From an uncultured Bifidobacteriaceae bacterium (GTDB taxonomy: Bacteria; Acidobacteriota; Vicinamibacteria; Vicinamibacterales; JAMQPK01): a stretch of 62,746 bases of DNA. Numbering within the stretch: the stretch's first letter is position 1; every line of letters starts with the position of its first letter. Shown one piece after another: positions 46,839 through 54,880 of this stretch. The stretch spans positions 1 to 62,746 of the forward strand of contig CAYHHH010000009.1 in assembly GCA_964356125.1 (NCBI GenBank), written 5' to 3'. The translations under genes and the position numbers were made by a program. Below the pieces are notes generated by a model. The model worked only from the letters and a program-made list of their open reading frames with translations. It was not told the origin of the DNA and made no database searches.

Positions 46839-47168
46839 TCAGCTCCTCGACCGGATCAGCCGAAGCGGCTTGATCGCGATCTCGTCGTCAGGTGCATCCG
46901 TCACCACGCAGCGTACGCGCCCCCAGACGCTCAGGCTATCGTCGACGATGCGCGCGATCGCGTCCTCGCCAAGGAGCTGCCAGGCCTGGTAGGCCCCGGC
47001 ATAAAACGGCGCGCGGAACAGCGCGAGAATCTGCGCGCGCGTGTGCCCGAGCTGGGCGAACTCGTCGGCGAACGCCTCGGCCATGCCCCGCGTCACCCCC
47101 TCATCACCGGGGAGCGCGACGCCGACGAGCTCCTGCGGGTCCTGCGGATCCGGATCGTCGTACGGCAT
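46839..47168 (-). CDS. Small acidic hypothetical protein between the alpha and beta subunit genes
   Basis: 109 aa, MPYDDPDPQDPQELVG.... Separated by 1 nt from the alpha stop and 2 nt from the beta start. The codon usage looks like that of its neighbours. No family recognised. Confidence 0.5.
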   Translation of the reverse strand: MPYDDPDPQDPQELVGVALPGDEGVTRGMAEAFADEFAQLGHTRAQILALFRAPFYAGAYQAWQLLGEDAIARIVDDSLSVWGRVRCVVTDAPDDEIAIKPLRLIRSRS

Positions 47169-47169
47169 G

Positions 47170-50100
47170 TCAGCCTCTCTTCTTTGTGAGGTCGCCGGCG
47201 AGATATCGCTTCATCGCCTCGCTCTCGTTGTCTGGCGAGTAGCCGGTCGTGGCCGGAGCCCAGATGCCTTTGCCGCCCATGCCGCCGTCCTCGGCTTTCG
47301 TCACCCGCACGAGCGTTTCCTTCGGCACCGTGTTGACGGCGTGGTTGTCGGCTTCACCGCCGAAGATGAACGACATGGCCGCCTTGGCCTTGTGGAAGAG
47401 CGTGTCGGTCTGGTGCATCGGCATGTGCCAGTTGCGCGTGATCGACTGTTGCGACCCGTAGCGGAGGTTCGCCTGATATCCCGTGTTGGCCGACAACGCG
47501 CGACCATCGGGTCTGGTCTCGTGCGCCTTTACGCTCTTCTCGGTCGCGATGAACGGCGCGTGTTTCATCATCACGATGTTGTAGGGGTACGCGCGGTTGT
47601 AGGTGACGCGCAGCATGCACCGCGCCACGCGGTAGAACGGATCGTCGGGCTTGGCCCCGATGTATGGGCGATCGGCGGGGTTCGCGTCGATGTAGACATA
47701 ATCGCCGTCGTTGATGCCCAGATCGCGCGCCGCCTGCGGGTTGATGTGCATCTGGTGCTCCCCGACGCACGGCGCACGCTTGTCGAGGCGGTACGGATCG
47801 CCGAAGTTCGAGTCGTAGAGCATGTGCCAATCGACGTTCGACCAGCCTGAATGAACCCGGTGCCGTGTCTTGGGCGTCAGGCAGTAGAACTGAAATCCCT
47901 TTTCCCACAGGAAGTTCTTGGTGACTCGCGCCTGCGCCCACGGCATCTTGATATTGCGGATCGTGCGATCGTCCCAGTGCTCGGCGGTCCGCGGGATGCC
48001 GTAGTCCTCGGGACGGATGTACGGATTCCCACTGACGATGACATTGGGCAGATACGGCGTCGCCTCGGGCCCTTCGCGATGCACGATGAAGTTCTCGCCG
48101 TACTCGATGGCCTCCGGCACGTCGGCGTAGGCATGCAGCCGGCCGGTGTCGGTGTGGAACGGCTCGCTATCGTGCACCTGCTCGTAGAACGGAATGCGCG
48201 GATACGTGCGGAAGTTCAGCAGGGCGCCTCCCGGAGGGCCGTACTTGCCGGCCATGAGGTCGGAGACCGTATAGCCGCTCGTCGTGGTGGACGTGTCGAG
48301 CAGCCGTTGCAGATAGATGTCGCGATTGCCCTCGTGCTCGAACTTGAACATCTCGACGAACCGCTGGTCACCGGTCACCTCCGCCATGGCCCTGCCGATG
48401 CCGGCAAGAATGGTGAGATCGTCCTTGCTGTCGAACACCGGCGGGATGCCGCCTTTCCAGACCTGCAGGAATGGATTGGAACAGCTGGCGGTGACTTCGA
48501 GACCCTCGAATTCCATCCACGAGTTCGCCGGCAGCGCGAGATCGGCGTACTCGATCGAGGCGGTCATCTGGATGTCCATCGAGACGATCATTTCGATATT
48601 CGGATTGACGTTCTTGATCATCTCGTAAGCGTGCTTGGCGTTGTTAATCAGGTTCACGTTATTGAAGATCAACGCCTTGGTGGGCGTCGGCATGTGCGTG
48701 GCGCCGGTAAAATTCTTTCGGCCGAACTTGGGCGTCTGCACGATGAGCGCCTTGTCGCCGTGATTCCAGTACGCAGGCTCCTCATCCTTTGTGTAGGCGT
48801 GGGCGTGGATGTCCTTGCCCGGAGCGTTGGGGTCGAGGGTCAGGTGGAAGGGATCTTCGGCCACCCATCCCTTGAAGCCGGGGCCCGACCAGGCCGACCC
48901 CTGAAACAGCGCCGCCTTGTAATTGCCCGCCCACGTGTGACAGCCGGCACCCGGCTTCCCGATGTTGCCGGTGAGCATCAACGGCAGATAGGCCGCGCGA
49001 TTCATCTCGGTGGCGTGGAACCAGTGGTTGATGCCCTCCCCCTGATGGATGGCGGCAGGCGCGATCGTGGCCAGATCCTCGGCGAGCTGCTCGATGAGAT
49101 CTTTCGGCGCCCGTGTGATCTCGGCGACGGTATCGAGGTCGTAATCCTTCAAGTGAACCTCGTACATCGTCCACAGCGTCGCGCACTCCACCGTTTTCCC
49201 ATCGGCGAGCTTGATCGGGAATCGCCCGGCGAGCGCGGGCTCGATGCCTCGCTTCGCCATGACGTCGCCGATGTCCTCGCGTGTGACGGCGACCGGCGCG
49301 TTCTTCTTCGTGTCCCAGACAACGAAGTCGCCGAGCTGGGCGTGCTGCTCGAGCGTGAGCCCCTGGATCTTCATCGACGGGCCGTCTGGCCCGATCGTCG
49401 TCGTGTAGCCGGGAAACACCTCGTGCGCCCGGAGCCGCTTCAGCGTGTCGGTGCGGACGAGCAGCGGGAAGTCGGTGAACTGCTTGACGAACTTCTCGTC
49501 GTACTGCTTCTTGTCGATCATCAGGCGCGTGATCCCGAGGAACAGCGCCGCGTCGGTCTGCGGCCGGATCGGAATCCAGTAGTCGGCCTTGGTGGACGGC
49601 GGCCCGTACTCCGGCGCGATGACGACGATCTTCCCGCCCCGCTCCATGCACTCGATGAACCAGTGCGAGTCGGTCAGCTTGTTCTCGACCAGGTTCTTCC
49701 CATCCATGACAATGAGCTTGGAGAACCGGAGGTCGTTGAAGTCGCAGTCGGACGCCTGCAGCCCGTGCACCCACGGGTGGCCTGGCGCCTGATCGCCGTG
49801 CCACGTGTAGTTGGAGAAATTGCGGCCGGCCATGGCCTTGTCTTCCCCCACGCCCCGGATCTTCGCGTCGAGCAGCGCCATCGAATTGTTCAGGCGGTAC
49901 ATCCCGTACTTGCCCAGTACGCCCAGCAGACCCATCCCCCCGCGCATCTTGAACGTGCGCGTGCCGGCCCCACCCGTCTCGCGCACCATCTCGGGCTGAT
50001 AGCCCTGCGCGAGCAGTCGCTTGGTGCCCTCTTCTCCGCTGTATCGCCGGGCGATCGCGTCCAGCGCTCGGGCGATGTTCGAGAAGGCATCCTCCCAGGA

Positions 50101-50640
50101 GATCTGGATGAACTCGTCGTCTCCGCGGCGGCTGAAGTAGTACTTGTCCTTGTTCTCCGGCGTCAGCTCGGGGAACCCCGCATCGGCCCAGGCCTTCCAT
50201 CCCCGGCGTACGATGGGATGGCGCAGGCGGTACGGCCCGTAGAGCACGCGGTGGAACGTGTAGCCCTTGGCGCACTGGCGCGGGTTCCAGTTGTTGGTCG
50301 CGTGATTGCCGTAGAGGTCGGCGTAGTCCTGGTAGTCGTAGGTGGCGCCGCTTCGCACGACAATGCCGTTGCGCACGTACGCCCGGATGCGGCAGGCGTG
50401 GGTGTCGTTGGGCGAACACACCCAGTCGAATGTCGAATCGTAGCGATACTGGTCGTGATAGATCTTCTCCCAGTCGCGACCGACGCGTCTCGCCAGGGGA
50501 TTCCCATCGTCCGCCGGTCGGAAGAGCCGGCAGCCACTCTCGAGGCCGGCCAGCGAGAGCGCAGTGCCCGCGCCGAGCCATTGCAGGAACCGGCGCCGTG
50601 CGAGATCGGCATGGTCGTTGTGATTGGGTGTGTCGCTCAC
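47170..50640 (-). CDS. Tat-exported type II DMSO-reductase-family molybdopterin alpha subunit, NxrA/periplasmic Nar-like
   Basis: GTG 50640 lies 6 nt after AAGGAG. Tat motif ARRRFLQWLGAG. N-terminal Fe-S motif VCSPNDTHACRIRAYVRNG (C-x3-D-x3-C instead of the NarG H-x3-C-x3-C). 1156 aa. Confidence 0.85.
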   Translation of the reverse strand: MSDTPNHNDHADLARRRFLQWLGAGTALSLAGLESGCRLFRPADDGNPLARRVGRDWEKIYHDQYRYDSTFDWVCSPNDTHACRIRAYVRNGIVVRSGATYDYQDYADLYGNHATNNWNPRQCAKGYTFHRVLYGPYRLRHPIVRRGWKAWADAGFPELTPENKDKYYFSRRGDDEFIQISWEDAFSNIARALDAIARRYSGEEGTKRLLAQGYQPEMVRETGGAGTRTFKMRGGMGLLGVLGKYGMYRLNNSMALLDAKIRGVGEDKAMAGRNFSNYTWHGDQAPGHPWVHGLQASDCDFNDLRFSKLIVMDGKNLVENKLTDSHWFIECMERGGKIVVIAPEYGPPSTKADYWIPIRPQTDAALFLGITRLMIDKKQYDEKFVKQFTDFPLLVRTDTLKRLRAHEVFPGYTTTIGPDGPSMKIQGLTLEQHAQLGDFVVWDTKKNAPVAVTREDIGDVMAKRGIEPALAGRFPIKLADGKTVECATLWTMYEVHLKDYDLDTVAEITRAPKDLIEQLAEDLATIAPAAIHQGEGINHWFHATEMNRAAYLPLMLTGNIGKPGAGCHTWAGNYKAALFQGSAWSGPGFKGWVAEDPFHLTLDPNAPGKDIHAHAYTKDEEPAYWNHGDKALIVQTPKFGRKNFTGATHMPTPTKALIFNNVNLINNAKHAYEMIKNVNPNIEMIVSMDIQMTASIEYADLALPANSWMEFEGLEVTASCSNPFLQVWKGGIPPVFDSKDDLTILAGIGRAMAEVTGDQRFVEMFKFEHEGNRDIYLQRLLDTSTTTSGYTVSDLMAGKYGPPGGALLNFRTYPRIPFYEQVHDSEPFHTDTGRLHAYADVPEAIEYGENFIVHREGPEATPYLPNVIVSGNPYIRPEDYGIPRTAEHWDDRTIRNIKMPWAQARVTKNFLWEKGFQFYCLTPKTRHRVHSGWSNVDWHMLYDSNFGDPYRLDKRAPCVGEHQMHINPQAARDLGINDGDYVYIDANPADRPYIGAKPDDPFYRVARCMLRVTYNRAYPYNIVMMKHAPFIATEKSVKAHETRPDGRALSANTGYQANLRYGSQQSITRNWHMPMHQTDTLFHKAKAAMSFIFGGEADNHAVNTVPKETLVRVTKAEDGGMGGKGIWAPATTGYSPDNESEAMKRYLAGDLTKKRG

Positions 50641-50659
50641 GGCGCGCTCCTTCTCTCTG

Positions 50660-52285
50660 TCACCGCTCGAGCACGAGCTCTTGCCAAATCGTCACCGACT
50701 TCTTCCCATCGCGGTCCCCGGCGCTGCCGTTCCACACGGCGAAGGCCACCGGCACACGTCCGCCGGGCGACAACTCGACTTCACCGGACGGCGCGGACAG
50801 CGCCCGCGTAAACTGCACCCGATATGAGCCGGTCATGTGCTCACCGTTGGCCACCACCGACTGCGAGGCGCGCGGATGGGCCTTGAGCGTGCCGAATCCC
50901 TGCGCCGTCAGATTTTCGGCGGCGCTGTGACGCGTCGGATCCGCAACGATGTTGCCGGCGCCCCAGGCGGTCACAAAGGCAGGATCGGACTGGAGCGTCA
51001 ACGCATTTCGCGTGGGTTGCTCGAGTGGCGACTTGGACGAGTTTGGGTAGGAATCAATACCAATGTTGGGGTAGATCTTGTCGATCTCCTGAAACGCCGG
51101 CGCCATATCGGCCTGCCGTTCCGCCTTCCACATCCAGATGTTCACGGGTGCGCCCGGCTGGCCCATGGCGAAGAACGGCGGATCGGGCGCGAGCGCGAAT
51201 TCGGCGGCAACACTATCGCGAAAATCCTGAGGCCGAATCGCGGTCGCGTCGTGCGTGTTGTCTTCCCACTTCAGGAGCATCGCGAGGGTCTTCCCGTCGT
51301 GCACCGCTCGCACCGTGATTTCTTCGGGACGATCGGTGCGCCACCACAGCGGCATCATGTGAAGGTTGACGGCCGGTGTGTTGCGCCATACGCCCGAATC
51401 GGCATGTGTCGGCAACTGCGGCACCCGCGTCGCCACGATCCTGAACTGCTTCATCTCCACTTTCGCGCGCTGCGCATCGCTCGAGAGCGATCGGACGAAA
51501 TGCACGAGATGCCATCCGTCGCTGCCCTGTAGATAGCCGCTCTGTGGCATCGGCGATCCGGGCAACCCCGCGACGATGCGGCGATAGACGCTCGCAGCGT
51601 CGGGGCTTCCCTTGAAGACGCCGAGTGTCAAATCGCGAGGCCGTGTCGGATAACCCTTTGAGTCGACTTGTTTCTGCGCGCCGTCGCCTCGACCTGTCGC
51701 GCCGTGGCACGGGGCGCAACCTTTCAGGTACAGCTCGGCGGCGCGAGCCTGTGCCGCCGCGTCATACGCAGGCTCTACGGGTACCGTGACGGGACCGCCG
51801 GCGCCGTTGCCCCATTTGTCAGGTTCGTGACTGGCTTTGATGACAAGCGGGCGCTTCGAGAACGCCTTCACGTAGTGCACGAGCCCCCAGCGCGTTTCTT
51901 CACTGAGGTGCGCCCACGAGGGCATGGCCGAACCCGGCATGCCGCGCGAGATCGTCCGAAACAGATCCACGTCGGTCGGCACACCGTCCCACGTCGAAAT
52001 CAACCGGTACTGCCCCAGCGTGAAGTCTCTGGGGCGCGGATAGAGCAGATACGCGGCGGCACCGAGCCCATCACCCGCGCTGCCGTGACAGGCCAGGCAC
52101 TCCTTTTGGAAGGTCGTACGTCCGAGGTCGATGAGATCGCCTGAAGCCGGCAGGACTTGTGCGGGCTCCAGGCTGTGCGGGACGGGTCCAGATTCAAGGC
52201 GTTCTGGCACCGATCGTGTACAGCCGGCCGCGATGACAAGAATCCAGAGGCAGAGGGACCAACGCCGCACAGCGTCCGAAGGCAT
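50660..52285 (-). CDS. Lipoprotein-type dihaem cytochrome c fused to an EB_dh (ethylbenzene dehydrogenase gamma / NxrC-like haem b) domain
   Basis: ATG 52285 lies 5 nt after GGAGG. Signal LWILVIAAGC. CLACH and CAPCH motifs, homologous to the dihaem part of 3362..4531. The C-terminal 260 aa (WRNTPAVNLHMMPLWW...VHDGKTLAMLLKWED...FAVWNGSAGDRDGKKSV) fit the DMSO-reductase type II haem b subunit pattern. Confidence 0.75.
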   Translation of the reverse strand: MPSDAVRRWSLCLWILVIAAGCTRSVPERLESGPVPHSLEPAQVLPASGDLIDLGRTTFQKECLACHGSAGDGLGAAAYLLYPRPRDFTLGQYRLISTWDGVPTDVDLFRTISRGMPGSAMPSWAHLSEETRWGLVHYVKAFSKRPLVIKASHEPDKWGNGAGGPVTVPVEPAYDAAAQARAAELYLKGCAPCHGATGRGDGAQKQVDSKGYPTRPRDLTLGVFKGSPDAASVYRRIVAGLPGSPMPQSGYLQGSDGWHLVHFVRSLSSDAQRAKVEMKQFRIVATRVPQLPTHADSGVWRNTPAVNLHMMPLWWRTDRPEEITVRAVHDGKTLAMLLKWEDNTHDATAIRPQDFRDSVAAEFALAPDPPFFAMGQPGAPVNIWMWKAERQADMAPAFQEIDKIYPNIGIDSYPNSSKSPLEQPTRNALTLQSDPAFVTAWGAGNIVADPTRHSAAENLTAQGFGTLKAHPRASQSVVANGEHMTGSYRVQFTRALSAPSGEVELSPGGRVPVAFAVWNGSAGDRDGKKSVTIWQELVLER

Positions 52286-52331
52286 GACGACCTCCAATGG
52301 CTACGTTTTACAGTGAGCCGCAACGGCCGCC

Positions 52332-52347
52332 TATGACGGCTGTCATA
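52332..52347. promoter_or_regulatory. Palindromic operator candidate TATGAC-GGCT-GTCATA upstream of the NXR-like operon
   Basis: Read directly from the sequence. The centre lies 54.5 nt upstream of ATG 52285. Confidence 0.7.
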
Positions 52348-52357
52348 CGAGGTTTCG

Positions 52358-52471
52358 ATGAAGACGCTGTGCGACAACGGTCAGGTACCCGGTCCGCTGC
52401 TGCGCGTGAAGGAAGGCCGGCCGCTCACCGTCGATGTGGCGGTACTCGAGTTGAGCGATCGGACTCATTAG
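52358..52471 (+). pseudogene. Relic of a multicopper oxidase / NirK-type cupredoxin N-terminus (37 codons, then stop)
   Basis: Hand translation gives MKTLCDNGQVPGPLLRVKEGRPLTVDVAVLELSDRTH-stop. NGQ.PGP.L.V.EG....V.V matches the first cupredoxin domain of multicopper oxidases. The frame ends where the first HxH copper motif would begin. Confidence 0.4.
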
Positions 52472-52502
52472 AGGCGGCGCGAGTCCGATCGCGGCCTCAC
52501 TT

Positions 52503-52925
52503 TTATTGCAGCGATTCGACGTACTTCGTGAGGCCTTCAATGCGCAGCCTCATCCCGGTGTCCCCGCCTGGCATTTCACGAAGCGCCTTTCCCCAGACAG
52601 GCATGTCGCGGCTGCCGTGTGCGGAAATTTCGTCGAGCCCCTCTATGTAACGACGCACTCTCGTATCCGGAAACTTGCCGCCGTTTCGCACGCTGAGTCT
52701 GGTGAGATCGGCAGGCACCGTCTTCAGCGCCGCGGCGGCTGGCCCGTCTCCTCTTCCACCCAAACCGTGGCAGGGGGCACAGTACTCTCGAAACATCCCC
52801 GGTGAATCGCCTCCTTCGACGAACGGTGGCGGTTTGTTGATGATCCTCGGCTTGTCCTGGGCGCCGGCTGTTCCGCCGAGCGCCAGCGTGAACATGGCAG
52901 CCATCACGATGGTGCGCTTCGCCAT
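52503..52925 (-). CDS. Periplasmic monohaem class I cytochrome c
   Basis: ATG 52925 lies 7 nt after AAGGAG. Signal peptide. CAPCH and the distal DMPVWG Met ligand context. Confidence 0.8.
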   Translation of the reverse strand: MAKRTIVMAAMFTLALGGTAGAQDKPRIINKPPPFVEGGDSPGMFREYCAPCHGLGGRGDGPAAAALKTVPADLTRLSVRNGGKFPDTRVRRYIEGLDEISAHGSRDMPVWGKALREMPGGDTGMRLRIEGLTKYVESLQ

Positions 52926-53190
52926 AGGCATACTCCTTTTCCTGCTTCTTGCGTGAGCCTCCGCGTGCGTGACCCCGGCCAGTGCAAAGCACGTTCCGCT
53001 CAATGTCGCATCAACGCGGCCGTTTCACTCGCATTCGTCGAGCTCCCCTCACGATCGCGGTCCTCAGGTGTGGATTTTTCCCGAGCGCTGCGAGAATCCC
53101 CCAATCGACTCGTCGCGCTTACAGAGAAATTACATTCGGCCGCTGCCCAACCCGGTAGGATCGTGGTTTCGGCTGGTCTGGAGGCCTGAC

Positions 53191-54825
53191 ATGTCTGTTT
53201 CACCGCGATCGCGCCCCTGCGTACTGCTGACGTCGGTCTTCGGTCCCTTTGCCCGCGACGACGAGTTCGGCAGCCGCGCCATCAACCCGCTCGAGCTCTA
53301 TCACAACCAGGTGACGCGCGCGCAGGGACCGTTCTCGCTGCGGATGCACCATCGCTCCTGGGGCATCATGCTGATTCAGGAGAACATCTCGGCGAGGTCG
53401 ACGCTGCTCGATTTTCCGACGCGCGAGCGCTTCATCCAGGAGCTGACGTCGAACGCGTACGACGTCGTCGGCATTTCCGGGATCATCGTGAACATCGGAA
53501 AGGTCCGGGAGATGTGCCGGCTCGTCCGCCTGCACTCGCCGAAATCGGTACTCGTCGTGGGTGGACACGTCGCTGCGATACCAGGCGTCGAGCGGATGCT
53601 CGACGCCGATCACATCGTCAAGGGCGAGGGCATCCGCTGGTTTCGCGAGTTCCTTGGCGATCCGGTCGATGCGCCGATCGCGCATCCGGCCATACCCTCT
53701 TCGTTCGGGTTCCGGCTCATGGGCCTGAAGGCGCCGCGCGGCGGCGGCGACCCGGCGGCCACCATCATTCCGTCGGTCGGTTGTCCGATGGGCTGCAACT
53801 TCTGCACGACCTCGTCGTTTTTCGGCGGCAAGGGGCATTTCGTGAACTTCTACCATACGGGAGCGGAGCTGTTCGACATCATGTGTGAGGTCGAGCGCAA
53901 GCTCGGCGTGCGCACCTTCTTCATGATGGACGAGAACTTCCTCCTGTATAAGAAGCGGGCCCTGGAGCTCCTCGACCACATGAAGCGGCACGGCAAGCCG
54001 TGGTCGATGTTCGTGTTCTCCTCGGCCAACGCGATTCGCCAGTACGAGATGCGGCAGCTCGTCGAGCTGGGCGTGAGCTGGGTCTGGATGGGGTTCGAGT
54101 CGCCGGCCTCGGGATACATCAAGCTGAAGGACACCGATACCATCGCGTTGACGCGCGAGCTGCAGTCGCACGGCATCCGCGTGCAGGGGTCGACGATCGT
54201 CGGTATGGAGCACCACACGCCGGAGAACATCCGCGGCGAGATCGAGCACGCCGTCGCGCACGACGCGGACTGCCACCAGTTCATGCTCTACACCCCGGTG
54301 CCGGGCACGCCGCTGCACGCGGACATGGAGACGCAGGGGCGGATGTTGAAGGACGTCGACCTGGCGGACATCCACGGGCAGTACAAGTTCAATTTCAGGC
54401 ACGAGCACATCGAGCGAGACGACTCGAAGACGTGGCTCGACTTGGCGTTTCAGCGCGACTTCGAGACCAACGGGCCGAGCCTGCTTCGCATGATGCGGAC
54501 GATCTTCGAGGGGTGGAAGCGCTACCACCAGGACAGCGATGCGCGCGTGCGTGCCCGCTTCTGTGCCGAGGCGTCGAAGCTTCGCGAGGGATACGGGGCG
54601 GCGCTGTGGGCGATGGAACGGTATCTTCGCCATTCGAATGCGCCGATCAGCGCGCGCGCGAGAGACTTGCGGCGCGAGATTGAGCGCGATCTCCGCGGAC
54701 TCTCCTGGGCGATCGACCGCCTTGTGGGGCCGGTGCTGCTCTGGGCGGCGCGCCGCGAGGCGGCGAGGTTTCCGGCCGGGCGCCCGCTCGAGCCGCAGAC
54801 GTTCGTCGAGCGGCGAAACTGGTAA
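53191..54825 (+). CDS. B12-binding-domain radical SAM protein (class B)
   Basis: ATG 53191 lies 6 nt after GGAGG. N-terminal flavodoxin-like B12 domain (YDVVGISGIIVN...VLVVGGHVAA). Radical SAM motif CPMGCNFC. No extra Cys clusters. Confidence 0.8.
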   Translation: MSVSPRSRPCVLLTSVFGPFARDDEFGSRAINPLELYHNQVTRAQGPFSLRMHHRSWGIMLIQENISARSTLLDFPTRERFIQELTSNAYDVVGISGIIVNIGKVREMCRLVRLHSPKSVLVVGGHVAAIPGVERMLDADHIVKGEGIRWFREFLGDPVDAPIAHPAIPSSFGFRLMGLKAPRGGGDPAATIIPSVGCPMGCNFCTTSSFFGGKGHFVNFYHTGAELFDIMCEVERKLGVRTFFMMDENFLLYKKRALELLDHMKRHGKPWSMFVFSSANAIRQYEMRQLVELGVSWVWMGFESPASGYIKLKDTDTIALTRELQSHGIRVQGSTIVGMEHHTPENIRGEIEHAVAHDADCHQFMLYTPVPGTPLHADMETQGRMLKDVDLADIHGQYKFNFRHEHIERDDSKTWLDLAFQRDFETNGPSLLRMMRTIFEGWKRYHQDSDARVRARFCAEASKLREGYGAALWAMERYLRHSNAPISARARDLRREIERDLRGLSWAIDRLVGPVLLWAARREAARFPAGRPLEPQTFVERRNW

Positions 54826-54880
54826 TCGGGCGCCCACGATCTTGTACACGGCGCGTCGATCTGATGTATGTTGACTCGAG

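Noticed and set aside
52472-52502. Imperfect hairpin GAGGCCGCG...CGCGCCGCCTC on the minus strand after the cytochrome c stop, as a possible rho-independent terminator.
   Set aside because: The stem is interrupted by a bulge and there is no following U-tract, so the evidence is too weak to annotate.
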